The translations under genes were made by a program, and so were the position numbers. Under the pieces are notes generated by a model, which was given only the letters and a program-made list of their open reading frames with translations, had not been told where the DNA came from and ran no database searches. A DNA stretch of 64,000 nucleotides from positions 208,892 through 272,891 of the forward strand of contig NW_003314389.1 in assembly GCF_000143415.4 (NCBI RefSeq), read 5' to 3'. Origin of the DNA: Selaginella moellendorffii. Lineage: Eukaryota; Plantae; Lycopodiophyta. Below, piece after piece: positions 35,915 through 50,250 of the stretch; position 1 is the stretch's first letter; each line of letters opens with the position of its first letter.

Positions 35915-38900
35915 TGTAAACAACTAAATTTTCCATTCTACTTTAGTCACTTAACCACATCTCCGACCATTTGGAGGAGTCTCATTCACAACCTCCATCA
36001 GTCCAATTCAGGACTTGGGACTTGCTAGCCCCAAGAATGGCATCCATGCCACTCAACACTTGCACCTGGTCCAAGTGCTCCACGTGTCCGGTCCCAAGAC
36101 CGACACCCAAAGGTACCACTGACATCTCGGCCTGTTACGCTAAGGCCATGCCCATTCACCTTTGCTGCACTAGTGGTCCAATACCACTTGCATCACCATC
36201 CCGTCTCTCCAAGACTGGGCCATCTGTCCACGAGTGGTCATCCTAGATCCACTCCTTAGCATCCTTAGGATGCCCACAGACCTGGGGAATCGCCTTCCCC
36301 AAAGTCCCTTTGTCAGTTCCTACCAAGTCCCTTTCTGCCCCTGGCCGTGTTTGCCAACACTGTCACTGGATCGAGGCCCACAGGCCCGACCACTAAGTCC
36401 CATGGTCCTCTGGGACTTCCTCACCACACGACTGTGCCTTGGTCACTACCCTAGAGGATGCTCCTCTTCCTTTCCACAGTCTAGGCCTTTGGGACAACAT
36501 TTCAGAACACCGTGGCCTTACGCGAGCCACCTGGGTACTCTCCCCACCTTTCGCCTTTAGGTGCTCTAGCCATGGGCTTAGAGCGAGGTTCCGTTGAGCC
36601 ACACCTGGTATCCAAGTAGGTAGTGCCACCCACACTTGGATTGGGAGCATCGGCCAGTCGATCTCCTGGGGGAACTAGAGCCGGCTCTTGAACACTACAC
36701 CAAGCTACCCCGCTTGTCGGTCCGTATTCATTCTAGTCTTGGACTTCCCAGTGGTCAGTTCATCACCCAACACTGGGTCTGGCCTTCCTGGGCCAAACTG
36801 GCCTTTCCTGGCCAAACTGGCTCCACTGCAGTCCTCCCCCTTACTATACTTTTGGAGCTCACCAAACCCCCCAGGGTCTGGGAGACGAACGCTTTGGGCT
36901 TTCACCCTCTCAGACTCGAACTCGGACTCGGACTCGGACTCGGACTCGGACTTGGACTCGGACTCGGACTCGGTCTTGGCCTCCGCCTTGGTCTCAGTCT
37001 CGGTCTCGGTCTCGGTCCCGGTCTCGGTCCCGGTCTCGGTCTCGGTCTCGGTCTTAGTCCCGGTCTCGATCTCAACCTCGGACTCCATCTCGGGTCCTTC
37101 TCGGACTCCATCTCGGGCTCCGTCTCGGTCCATCTCGGACTCCATCTCAGACTCCATCTCGGGTCCATCTCGGACTCCATCTCGGGTCCATCTCGGACTC
37201 CGTCTCGGTCCACCTCAGACTCCATCTCGGACTCCATCTCGGGTCCTTCTCGGCCTTCATCTCGGACTCCATCTCGGGTCCATCTCGGACTCCGTCTCGG
37301 TCCACCTCGGACTCCATCTCGGACTCCATCTCGGGTCCATCTTGGACTCCATCTCGGACTCCATCTCGGGTCCATCTCGGACTCCGTCTCGGTCCACCTC
37401 GGACTCCACTTCGGGTCCATCTCGGACTCCATATCGGACTCCATCTCGGACTCCACTTCGGACTCCATATCGGACCCCACTTCGGGTCCATCTCGGACTC
37501 CACTTCGGGTCCATCTCGGACTCCATCTCGGACACTTCCACGTGTCATGTGTTGGTCCTTTTTGGGTCCCTTTTTGGAGCCTCGCTTATTGCTCGCTTCG
37601 TGCTTCTTCTTCGAGCACGTTGTTGGGAGTTCCACTCCCACTCTCGACCTTCCAAGTCCGAGCTTTTAGTCCAAATGTGTTACACTCGTTTGGGCTTTCG
37701 CTTCGGCCACTACCACGTGGCACCCTTTCCAGCTCCACTTTGGGGCCTAGGGATTTCGTGTCTCACAACTCCACCACCCATAGACGAAGTTCGATGTCCT
37801 CATCGAACGGTAAACCCTTTTATAAAGTAACACCCGCAGGTATTACCATTTCCATCCTTGGCACCCGGCCAATATTTGTCTATGGTTTGACCCCGAAGGC
37901 TCACCATGCCTTGTCCATCCTCTAAGGAGGATAGTCTCTCCAACTTAGAGACTGATTGGACCACTTGTGGTGGTTCTTTCCGTATATTGGTTTAGTTCTC
38001 GCTAAACCCATTAGAGACACCCTCTCTAACTCAATTCCACTACTCATTCTTGAGTAGTCACAGATTCCATTGATCTACCTTTGCACTTTGGAACGTTTAC
38101 TTTTGACTTCTTGAAGTCAATTTCCTAGGCGTCTCCGACACCTTGCCTTGCACATTTTGTGCAACTCCACTTCCCCTCCTAGATAGTTCTCTACTCAAGG
38201 GCACCCTCATCCTCTTTTCTATTTTTGTGCCACCATTGGCATTATGTTCCATTTATCATTATTTGTGCTAGGGCTGTCCGCGGCCCTATCTTTTGGCTCC
38301 TTAGTTACTCCCTCACTTGGAGCCTTTTCTTTGCCAAATTGGAGCACTTGGGAATCCGTCCTTGGAAGTCCACTTCTTTTTCCGCAATCCGTTAGCATCA
38401 AACACATTAGTGTTCCTTGGCTAACTTTGCCACTTGGATTCTTTCCAATGGATTCCACAGCCCCATCTTGGGCACTCGTCTTTTGCTCCTATCCTTGGAT
38501 TGTTGCACCAAGCAACATAGGATTATTACCTCCCTCCTGGAGGTATTCTTTTGGTTTCATAGCAAAGGATCTGCTTTGCCCAGACTAGGGTGTTCACCCC
38601 TAGTAAGTCTCCCCAACTGTTCTAGGCTCTCTTCCTAGCCCAACCTTGTGACCCACCCATGGGCCTGTCTCTGGAGACTATTTTCTTGAACTCATAATAC
38701 CATTGTATTGTAGTAGTTCATTTCCCTTAGGTGTCCTTCCCACTTAGTCACCTTGACCAAGCCACACCTTTATCAATAGTTCAAATCAACACTTTGAACT
38801 AGGAATCATATTCCTTAACCCAAACAAAGACCTTGTCCTTGTTTAGCCATAAGATCACCTAGTGATCTCATCTTGACCCTTTAATAGGTCTACCAATAGG

Positions 38901-40712
38901 AATTAGGTCTTCCCGACCTTACTAAGTTGTTGACTATAACCCCGGGGGCATCCCCACACTTGGCGGTGCGCCCAAGCTAGCCCTTCCAGCCAAGGATCCA
39001 TAGCAACTGAGACTGGGTGTCCCCATCTCATTCACCACGTCCTTGGTGCCTTTTGCACCAAAGTGTTCAAGTTAGATATGCCGAGCTTTCACTCTAAGCA
39101 ATCTAACCATGCATCACGACTCCGGGGCATCCCCTGCTTGGCGGTGTGCCCAAGCCAATCTCCTCATTGAGAGTCCATGACCACCGAAATATGAGTGTCC
39201 TCATATTCCAAACCATCACCACGCCCTAGCGATTTGGGACTCGAACCCAAGCACTAGAGGGTCGGGACTCGAACCCAACCTCCGTATATGCATCTACGGA
39301 CGGCATCACCCAGGATGCCTGGCGTGACTCCCCACGCCGGTGCACCAACTTATACTCAAAGCGTGCTATAGATCACAACTTAGGAACCTAGTTCCTCCAC
39401 ATTGCCAAGTCCTCTCACTTGACAAGTCTGTGATCATGCATGGACTCCTCCATGCTTGGCCCCATGGCCCACCCTTTTTGAAGTTATCACCTTCAACTAG
39501 GGTATTTCTTCCCCTGACTTGCCAATCTCGCTTTGGCAAAGTCCTCTGACCACTGTAACATGGTTCCAGCACAAGCGTGAAAGCCCTTGATCATCGACTT
39601 TCGTTCAAAGCCCTCTCTTTGAACACTTGGGAACTACTTCCCTAACCTTGATAGCCTTGCCTCATGGCAAGTTTCAAGACCACGCTTCTGCTGCGCCACT
39701 CTGATTTTGCGCGTGTTTTGAACCATTTACACTTGGCCTTTCTAGGTACTAAGCTACCTAGAATCATCTTTGGGAACCTTGAAGGAACTTTGTCCCTTAG
39801 CTTGCTAAGGCCTCCCTTTTTGCAAGCTTTCCAATTACCATATAGTCTAACATGGACAATTCTATATTTTAGACTCTCCATGGCATCACAGTTGCTAGCG
39901 GCAACACCCTTGAGCCCCCACTTGATTCTCCACTCCCAGCTGGCATAACCAACCTTGGTTATGCCCTTCAATTCCTATGGTTTGGTTCTACCCCCATACT
40001 TCTTGCTTTTGGCTTCACTTGGCCTCGGTCTCGGTCTCGGTCCCGGTCTCGGTCTCGACCTCGGACTCCATCTCGGGTCCTTCTCGGACTCCATCTCGGG
40101 CTCCGTCTTGGTCCATCTCGAACTCCATCTCGGGCTCCGTCTCGGTCCATCTCGGACTCCATCTCGGGTCCATCTTGGACTCCGTCTCGGTCCATCTCGG
40201 ACTCCGTCTCGGTCCATCTCGGGTCCATCTCGGACTCCGTCTCGGTCCACCTTGGACTCCATCTCGGACTCCATCTCGAGTCCATCTTGGACTCCATCTC
40301 GGACTCCATCTCGGGTCCATCTCGGACTCCGTCTTGGTCCACCTCGGACTCCACTTCGGGTCCATCTCGGACTCCATATCGGACTCCATCTCGGACTCCA
40401 CTTCGGACTCCATATCGGACCCCACTTCGGGTCCATCTCGGACTCCACTTCGGGTCCATCTCGGACTCCATCTTGGACACTTCCACGTGTCATGTGTTGG
40501 TCCTTTTTGGGTCCCTTTTTGGAGCCTCGCTTATTGCTCGCTTTGTGCTTGTTCCTCGAGCACGTTGTTGGGAGTTCCACTCCCACTCTCGACCTTCCAA
40601 GTCCGAGCTTTTAATCCAAACGTGTTACACTCGTTTGGGCTTTCGCTTCGGCCACTACCACGTGGCACCCTTTCCAGCTCCACTTTAGGGCCTAGGGATT
40701 TCGTGTCTCACA
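35915..40712 (-). mobile_element. Non-autonomous element F2 with full 1.85-kb LTR (35915-37767) and deleted second LTR (about 40021-40712)
   Basis: TSD TCCAG/TCTAG; interior 37768-40020 is the reverse-complement homologue of 28840-31017. Confidence 0.85.
36914..37530. repeat. CpG-rich 6/11/12-bp satellite (GAGATGGAGTCC, GAGACC) inside F and E LTRs
   Basis: Related arrays at 15930-16200, 21790-22055, 27025-27510, 40021-40480, 44020-44400 and 61390-61520. Confidence 0.9.
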
Positions 40713-41336
40713 TCTAGCTCATCCATGAGCAACAAAAGAATGCTTGTTTTCTATGGCTTTCTGGAAGCTCTTTGCTGCTTGATCAGGTCTTGGATAAGCT
40801 TGATGACCTTTCACCTCGCCTGAGAATGGGAAAACATCACAAAACTATGTAGGACAATTCATAATTTTCAAAATATAAGATACATAAGGTTGATTTCTAT
40901 TGAAATTGCATCTTTAAAAAATATACATTTTTACGTGAATGTTATCATTTGTGAGTGAAGTGTTAATTTGTTTTTCATTTTATTGATTCTACTTCATGAT
41001 TCTCTTGTATTATAAATATGATTGCTCAAACCTAGATTTTAAAGAACACAAAATTAAAATTTTTAAAATTAGATCTAACATAGTACTATATACAAGAATA
41101 ATCAAAATTTATTTAATAATGGAAGAACAACTGCTTTCTTCTAGCTGTAAGGAATTTTTTTCTTTATTAATACTATAAAATATATATTTTCTAAGAAAAT
41201 TATAAAAAAAGAAACATATTTTTTGGTCGGATTTATTTAATGTTGTATAAAATGCTAATTTTTTAGACTAAAAATGATTTAGAAAATTATTCTTACTTAT
41301 AAAGATATTAAAAATATTAATATTTTAAAATATCCT

Positions 41337-44300
41337 TGTGAGTGCATGGAATATGGAAAGGGAATACAAAAATGTGCATATCAATTAGCCCAAAAACCCT
41401 AGCTTATATACAAGAGCGAGTGGTCTAAATTGAAACCAATATAACGGCTACCAAAATCCCCCTATGCTAATATTAGTATACGTCATCGTAGCCATACACT
41501 TGGCCCTCATATCATCCCCTCCTCTCAGAATAATGGAAGACCATTAGGGTTCTCTTGTAGACGAACCGGGATCTGGAGGAACATAAGGAGAAGGCATCGG
41601 TGGATTTGTAGGTGGTAATAACTGCTCCTAATCCTTTTGTATGAAGTGTTTTAACTGCTGCACATACACAATCTTTGGAGGATCGGCTTGCTGGATGTCC
41701 TGTCGAATCTCATAAACTTGTGGTTCAACTTGCCGCAACACCCAATACGGTCCTTTCCACTGCGCAAGGAGCCCCTTAGATAAACCACGTACCGTAAGAT
41801 GGCGAAAACAGATTAACACCAAATCATCCACTTTGTACTCCGCAGGTGGACGATGATGGGAGTTGTAGCGCCATTGTTGTCCCACTTGTATGTGGCCTAA
41901 GTGTTTGGTAGACTCCGCTCAGACAAGTGGAAGAATGCTCATTAAATACTAATCCCACGACCTAGCATCCGTAGTTCATGGCAATTGCAATGGTAAACCT
42001 AGCTCCGGTGGTAATATTGGATCATTCCACCAGACCATCTAATTGTGGATGATAAGCACTTGTGAAAGTGTGGCATATCCCCAACTGAGACATCAAAACA
42101 TGAAATGCCTTAGCCATAAATGCAAGACCATTATTTGAAAGAATCCGCTCTGGACAAGAATGCTGGAACACCACTCGATTGAGGAGGAAGTATTCAACAG
42201 CAATTGCAGAGGCGCTAGCAAGAGCACCAACTTCCACCCAACAAGTCAAGTAGTCAGAAGCAATAATAACATACTCATTGCCAGCACTCGATTGTGGAAA
42301 AGGTCTCATAAGATCAAATGCCATCAACTCAAATGAATAGGAAATTGCAATTGACTCCAACTGTCCTTCTGCAGCCCGAGGGAGAGTATTACGAGCTTGG
42401 CACCAAACACAGTTACACATATACCAGATAATATCACATCACATCTCTAGCCAATAGAAAGACCAGCGCAACTTGTCAATTACACAACGATGTCCCATAT
42501 ACCCACTTAGAACAGGAGAATCATGGTAGGCATGGGGAATAAAGATAGAAGGCACCATCAGTCGTAAATGATCATCAAGATCTGTCCTCACAAAATAAAG
42601 AAGGCTGTCTTTAAGGCGATATTGAGAATGTAAATGCCAGAAAGGCAAGTCATTAGCAAGTGATGCAAGATTCTCAAACCCATCTCGAAGCCTTTGAATC
42701 CACAGCCTAATCTTTTGAGCCTCTCAAACCTCATCAAGAGAAGGTAGATCTTGCTCTACGCCTTGTGTACACTGAACATCAAGTACAGCAACCACCGACA
42801 ACACAAAATCCTCATCTAGAAAATCCACAGAGGCTGGAACAATAGGCTCGTTAGAAACATAAGAAGAGAATGAAGAAGTAAGAGGATCTCGAGAAAGGGC
42901 ATCAGCATCAGCCATAGAACTCCCTAGGCGATAAACAACAGCAAAATCACATATCTGAAGCTTCAAAGCTCATCAAGCAGTACGACCAACCAAGTTCTTC
43001 TGCTTCAATAATAAAGTAACAACAGCATGATCACCTTCAAGTAACGTCCGAGAACCCTGTAGATATGCATGAAGTTTCTCAAAACTCCAAACTGCTACTA
43101 AACACTCATTCTCTATTGTGGAGTAGTTCATTTCCGCTAGTTGTAATATACAGCTTATATACGCAATGGGATGGTGCTGACCAGGCACACTCAAGCTCTC
43201 TTGCATCAACACAGCTCCAAGACCAATGTCAGAAGCATCCATGCGCAAAATAAAAGGTCGACTGTAGTCAAGATATGCCAAAACCGGATGTAGCGCACGT
43301 GGTTTTGACCCTTTATCCTATAGTGATTTACCATAGGATAACACCACGAAGCGAAACCTAAACCCTACATGTGCCACATGACAGATGCCACATGTCATAT
43401 GCCATGTATTCAAAAGAACGTGGTGTGGAACCCGAGGTTTAGGGCCTTGGGCCACTAAACGAAGGAACAGTGCCAAACCCCCAAGTATGGAGCCAAGGAG
43501 TGATGGAACCAAACCATGGAGCAACTCTCAAGCATACATCCCAAGGAGCAAAGGGATAGGAGCCCAAAGCAATTTGGAACAGTCCTAGAGCAATCAGCAT
43601 CCTAATGTCAGGACCAGCACGCAAAACGGAGCCAAATGGAGTCTGGCGCTATTTCGGCATACCGGTGGCCTAATGTGAGGATATGGGTAGTCCACCAGCT
43701 AGCATGGAATGGAACTTGGGCTTAGACACAAGCCGGACACAGAACAAGGATAGGCATGCAAGCAGGAGCTAGACTATGCCTCAGGTGTGAGACACAAAAT
43801 CCCTAGGCCCCAAAGTGGAGCCGAAAGGGCGCCACATGGTAGTGGCCGAAGCGAAAGCCAAACGAGCATAACACATTTGGACTAAAAGCTCCAACTTGAA
43901 AAGGTCAAGAGTGGGAGTGGAACTCCCAACGAAGTGCTTGAGGAACAAGCACGAGGTGAGCCATGAGTGAGTCTCTAGAAAAGGGGACAAAAGAGGACCA
44001 AAACATGACACGTGGAAGTGTCTGAGATGGAGTCCGAGATGGACCCGAGTTGGAGTCCGAGGTGGAATCCGAGATGGAGTCCGAGATGGAGTCCGAGATG
44101 GACCCGAGTTGGAGTCCGAGGTGGAGTCTGAGATGCAGTCCGAGATGGAGTCTGAGATGGACTTGAGTTGGAGTCCGAGGTGGAGTCCAAGATGGACCCA
44201 AGATGGAGTTTGAGATGGACTGAGATGGAGTCCGAGATGGAGTCCGAGATGGACCCAAGATGGAGTCTGAGATCGATCGAGACGGAGTCCGAGATGGAGT

Positions 44301-45530
44301 CCGAGATGGACCCGAGATGGAATCCGAGATGAAGGCCGAGAAGGACCCGAGATGGAGTCCGAGGTCGAGACCGAGACCGGGACCAAGACCGAGACCGAGC
44401 CCCCCCTCTTGAGGAACACACGCTTTGGGCTTTCACCCCAAGCCTCCCTTAGTACCAAGAGTTAGTCTCTGGGACAAGCTTGAAACTTACTAAATGGTGC
44501 TAGAATGCAAATTTGGACATGGGATGAAAACCATTGTGTTTAGGCCAATCTCTACATTCCGTAGATATGCCAAATGAGCAAATCTAAACACTTTCCATAA
44601 ATAGTATTTAAGACCGTAATGAGACTGACACAAAGGGCATGATAGCGAGGGTGTTTGGCAAACACAATAAGCTATCATTTAGCGAATATTGAGGGACCAA
44701 GCTTAATATTGCGGGGGTTCCCAACACTAACAAGTGCAAGTCAACAACATGAGTTTATCGTCACCGTGCCAAGTATGCTTGACTAAATGACAACGTAGGA
44801 TTTCCTTCCTTAGTGCCCTTCTGGTCTAAATGCATATGTGATGACCAGTTTCTCAACTAGCTTAGGTGAAGACTAATAATAGGTCTAGCAATATTGACCT
44901 CCTGCCATCGTGGTAGTAAGGAAATAATATCCGAAAGGACTAGCCGACAAGTAACTTTCGATACCTGAAGTCACATTCGTGACACTAGAGGAGTCATCAA
45001 TAGCTCTTTGAGATCCCCGAATGCCCGCTCACAACTCAGAGACTAGATGAAAGATGATGTTGATGACTTTAGCAACACTCGCAACGTTGCAGTATGATCA
45101 GAAAAATGATCCACAAAACGACCGAGATACTACATCTTGCCCAAGAAGCGTTGCACATCATTCACACACTTTGGAGTAGGAAACTTTAGAACAGCCACAA
45201 GTTTGTCAGGATCAACTTGCAAACCCTCACAAGAAATACGGTACCCAAGATAAGTTGTATCCTTGGACCCAAACACGCACTTCGACCGCTTCAGCTTTAA
45301 ACCAACATCGCGTAGCCGATCCAACACTTTACAAACATCACGAATGTGCTCCTCCCACATCCCCTCCGAGTGGATCAAGACATCATTAATGAAGTCAGCA
45401 GTCACCTTGGCATATCGCAAAGAACTTTGTCCATCATCCGCTAAAAAGTTGCTGGAGCATTATTCAAACCAAAAAGCATCACCAAGAACTCATACAAACC
45501 AAATGGTGTATGAAAAGCAGTCTTAGGAAT
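41337..45530 (-). mobile_element. Second, 5'-truncated copy of Gypsy family A
   Basis: LTR 41337-41511 matches 12058-12233 and has a PPT. Integrase (AYHPQLDGLVE), RNase H (DASDIGLGAVL) and RT (FINDVLIHS) remnants parallel 25071-26790. Confidence 0.85.
43289..44984. mobile_element. Solo LTR family G (inverted) carrying an F-LTR fragment at 43786-44400
   Basis: Reverse-complement homologue of 23647-24801; decayed TSD CCGGA/CTAGA within the host motif LLMTPPVLAYLDY. Confidence 0.75.
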
Positions 45531-46518
45531 ATGTATATATATATTCTCTTTTTTTATTATTACAATTGTATTATAAAATAGTGATTATTAGTGACATTAT
45601 TAGAATTTTATGACCACCATAGTGGTGAATGATATAATGGAGTTTCTTTGCTTAAAAGAAGAAGTAAACCTGTATTGTCATAGAAGTGTCAAAATGTCAT
45701 CATATGTGACAAAATTCCATTTTTTTTGTTACTGCTCTAATCCCAATGTCTAATGCATGCCATTAATATTACCACAATAGTAATATAACTATTCAGTAGC
45801 TACATTATATATAAATAAAAAAGCTGTATTATTTGAATTTATTGAGATTATTGTGAAATTTTTAAATTTTTTTAATATCATCATTTAAATTTATCATGGG
45901 AGGACCCTAGCATAAATTCTAACTTTTTATTTTTTTAGCTATCTGGTATTTGTATGACATGTTGTTTCTCCTTTTTCTCTATCTATTTTTAATTCTTATC
46001 ATGCTCATTGAATAGCCCACCATTTGATAAGATTTAACACCCTTTCAGTTGTTGAATTTTTTATAATAATGAATACAACTCAAAAAAAAAAATCAGTCTA
46101 TCAAATTTTTACTCAAGGAACTTCATGTCCTTGGATGTACCAGCAACAACTCCTTAGATTATGGAACTGCAGAAGGTAGCTTGAGGTTTTCTTTCATCTC
46201 TGAGAAGAAGCTAACAAAGCTTTTGCTTGTAGTAACCTGAGCATAGATGGTGAAACACTTATTTAACGAGATTTTTCTTCTTCTTTTTCTATCTCATCTT
46301 TGATAGTCTTATTATAACTTTTTGATATTGTTCTTTATCTCTTGTAGGTTATCAAAATGAAGTGTCAAAAAAATATTAATAGCAACTAACATATGTGTGT
46401 ACATGTGTGTTTTAGATAGATTTGAAAGATGACTCTTACTTCAAACACTTTTTCTATCCCATTAAAACATCTTTAAAGACTTTTTTATATTTTAGTCCAG
46501 TGTAGCTGGATTTCTTGC

Positions 46519-46520
<2 letters not shown>

Positions 46521-46554
<34 letters not shown>
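46521..46554. repeat. (GT)n microsatellite
   Basis: Directly visible. Confidence 0.95.
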
Positions 46555-46556
<2 letters not shown>

Positions 46557-48031
46557 TCTATTTTTATTATTAACTATTATGACTATTTTTTATATATTAA
46601 AAAATTATGAAAGTTTTGACAACACTACATTTTTCATAATATGTTAGGTTGATAACTATGAATGAAATACATTATTTTCATACTTTTTATTTGGATAATA
46701 GTATCACGTTGTGAAGAGTAAATACTACATTTATAATTATAATCATACCATAATTCAACTCATCTAACGAGCTATGAGACCCTAAGCTATCAAAAGGAAT
46801 ACTAAAAAAGATATTATACAGATTAAAATATATATTTAATAATATATCATAATAAAAAATTTAAAAATTTAATTTATTTAAATTATATTTTGTATTTATA
46901 TTGTATTAATTTTATAATAGTATGTATTTAAAATTCATATATTATCTAAGTTGTCTAAAATATTTATTATTTAAAAGATAAACTATTGTGCTGCATTTAA
47001 GTTCAATAGATAAACTATTGAACTTATATTTGTAAATTAGAAATAAATTCTGTAGAATACACTATATATGCAATTATTAAATTTTATTGCTAAACTGGAA
47101 GAAGGTGAGCTATATTTTTAGTTTTATCTGCAGCTACACAGTACCATGTAAAAGAGCTTTAAATATTTATATTTTTATAAATATCTCTGATTATTTTTTA
47201 ATATGAATAATATTAAAGTATAATATTTTTACTCCAAAAATTAATATTTACATTCATTGATTTATAAAATCAGTACAATACCCCAAGCATAGCTAGAATA
47301 GGGAGGCACTTTAACTAAATCTACCAGTCCCACTGGATGGATTGATGTTATAGAGATATAATAATGGCAATAACTCATAAATAACACTTGAGTTGATAAA
47401 CACTTCTTTTGCTGATGATGATGAGCTTCTGTTTTGTGCTATGAGCTGCTAGAATAATATTTGGGGAGTCTTCAATTTCAAAGTTGCAACAAGTTGATGG
47501 TTTAGAAACTAAGATGGTGGCAATTTACAAGCTTAGTGTGCCTTTCAATAGCGATCCAAAAACCATCAAAAAGCTTGATGCATATGAAGTTGGATTCCTT
47601 GGAATTCAGTGAATTGCTCACTACACTTTGAGCTCTTTTCACTACAAGTGAAGCCTTCAAGAGGAGATTTCACATGCTACCCAGTCATTGGTTTCCACCA
47701 TAATTAAACCCGTTCCTCTGGTGGCTGTCAAGGCTCAATCTCTAGACATTTCATTTATTTATTGGATCCCACAGTGAGCATTTCCATCTCGATAGAAGAT
47801 CTAAGACTTCACTTGGCACTCCAAGTTTTAAATGTTATATTATATTATGAGTTATATTTGTTTTGTTATAATGTGTGTTATGTTTATTGTCAATTGTAAA
47901 CATAATTTTTTTATATAATAATTATATTATTTTATGTTAATTATGTATGTTATAACCACAATTATGTTAAAAATTATAATTACAGTTACAACTTTTTGGA
48001 ATTACTAAAACATCAAGAATAAACACGACAC

Positions 48032-48058
48032 TCCCAGCCTAGTTGGGACTTTTGCTAG
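48032..48058 (+). mobile_element. Helitron-like 3' terminus
   Basis: Hairpin TCCCAGC-CTA-GTTGGGA, 6-nt spacer, CTAG followed by T, at the end of a long AT-rich tract. Confidence 0.5.
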
Positions 48059-48659
48059 TCCTTATATCTAAAAAAGGAAAGGCTCTATATTCAAATCAAG
48101 ATTCTTTATTTGGTTTGGATGAGGACATGTATAAAGAAACGGTTCGGTTGGTTCTAGGTCAACATCTATGCATTATGCATTGATGACTACTCCTCATGGT
48201 CATGTACCACATTCCTCCTGCTCACAATGTTGCAGTGGAGTAGGTGCATTTATCTGGCTGCCAGACAAATTAGACTACAATTAATATATGTGCTTTGGTG
48301 TAGATCTTGGAGGTGTCTAAGCAGCAATCATGTAATGCTTGGATAAAGGTATGTTTTTCTCTGTATCTAGCAAAGCTGATCCTCCTATTACAGGTTTTTT
48401 TTTTTTTGACATGGAAGACTATGTCTACTTTGTGCTAAACCAAAGGATACAATGTGGTAAAGTACAACAATCAAGGTCTTTATAGCGCTGATTTTCTCAG
48501 CAGCAGTTTTTCTACAACAGCCAATGTGCCAAATAGGATAAGGAGAGCATCAGTGGCTCTACTCTACATCCAGCAAATTTACAGGCACAAATAGGCAACA
48601 AGGTACTTCCCTACATATGTTTTTTAAAGAAGTTAACATTTGTTTTGAACTGCTTGTGG

Positions 48660-50250
48660 AGCTATGGCTAGACAGTTGGAGAATGGCACAGAAAACGTGT
48701 TGGATTCACAGGGAATGTGGAGCCGTCCTTCATAATCCCCATGGTCACGCCTCTTCCTCTCCCGTGGCGCTCTCTCCACAGGGCAAGGGCGGATGGCTGG
48801 CCGCCACAATGCTGGTGTCATGGCCAACTTCATCGGCAACGAAGCTCTGACGTGGAATCGTGCACTTGCCTACACGCTCACATATCCGATCCATGACGGC
48901 CAGGTTTGTGGCTTTGTGTGTGTGTGTGTGTCTGTCTGTCTGTCTGTGATTCACTTCTCTCCAGGTAGAGAACTGGGACGCCCTGGAGAGGTTTTGGTAG
49001 CAGTATGTTTCGTGCTACACAAGATCAACTCTGAGAAAGCTCAAAGCATGAAGATGGAATCTTCCACCTGTAAGAAAAATAAAAATTGAGACAAGAGTAT
49101 TAATCCATTTTCTTTCAAAGACAGGAAGATTATAATAAACCTTATAAACCTTAGAGCAACACGCTTACTAATAAAACAGGTTTGTGCATTTTGCAACTCT
49201 ATTACTTGAGAATGAATCTAATATGCTGGTCATCTAATACAACTTTTTGTTGTAGATGTTAGCTCATCCTTTTCTGGAGCCATTTGCTTGGATTCTCCAA
49301 ACTTTAAAAAGCTAAGGCATTTCTTTGAGGGAATCGGCCTTGAAGGTCATGCTTATTTGAAGCAAAAACGATGACTTGGAGTATTTCTATACCTCAAGTG
49401 GAATCCTGGTTCAATTAGGGAGGGGTAAGCTGGAATGTTACATTGTAAATTGTCTCTGATGACCTTTGTTTTTTCCAAGCAGTGCTTAGTCATAAAATCT
49501 TTCTTTTCTTGCTTAACTCTATATTGTTTATGCCCAGTTATGGAGGAGCTTTGTGAGCTACTGCCATGGGGTGGCCTCTTTATAACACACTTATGAGCAG
49601 CCAAAGCAACATAAGAAAACAGTTTGAAAGTCATGTCTACTCGGAGTTAAGCAACGTGACTGATGCCATTGTTTACAGTTGCCTCACTCACAAAGCTCCC
49701 AGGAGCTCCCTACGCTCCAGCAGCCTTCCTCACTGGCCTACTCGATCCAGTGAAGAGCCGGGAAGTTAATCATGGAGCTCTTTGGCAGAAAGCTGATGAT
49801 TGTTTTCAAAGTGTTCTAGAGCTCTTTTGTCGCAGAAGGAGTTCCTTGAACAAGTTGCCAGTAAGGTCTGGCAAATCTATGAAGAAATTTGTGGCATTAT
49901 TTGCCTTGATGGCTCATCTCATATTGTGTCAATCTTTGGATAGTGAGTTCCTGGCAAATCTATGAATAAAATTTTACTGGCATTGTTTGCCTTCATGGCT
50001 CATAGGTTAGCAGCAAAGAGAGCTGCCATGATCATCATGGAGACCCTTGCTTCCATACTTCCAGATGTACTCTTGAGAATCATCCAGAAGCCAATTGTCA
50101 CACATATATCCTCAAGAGATTATTTCAAATGCTACCAAGTGCCAACAAGTATGAATTGGTATGGAATCTCATCAATGAGAGAATGCCAAAGCTTTGCAAG
50201 CATGAAACTGATGGGAAGGAGATTGAGTAGCAATCTGGAAGGACACTACT
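48660..50250 (+). pseudogene. Degenerate exon-like sequence of unidentified origin
   Basis: Coding-like composition, GT-AG-like breaks and many stops; no family recognised. Confidence 0.3.

Noticed and set aside
36088-36110. Twister-ribozyme-like CCGGTCCCAAG; also scattered CTGATGA hammerhead cores
   Set aside because: The remaining conserved core nucleotides and stems could not be found.
36636-37925. Long ORFs of 380-429 aa with GL/SD/RP repeats (also 26786-27535, 39955-40717, 43781-44458)
   Set aside because: They are translations of the stop-poor LTR satellite, open in several frames on both strands.
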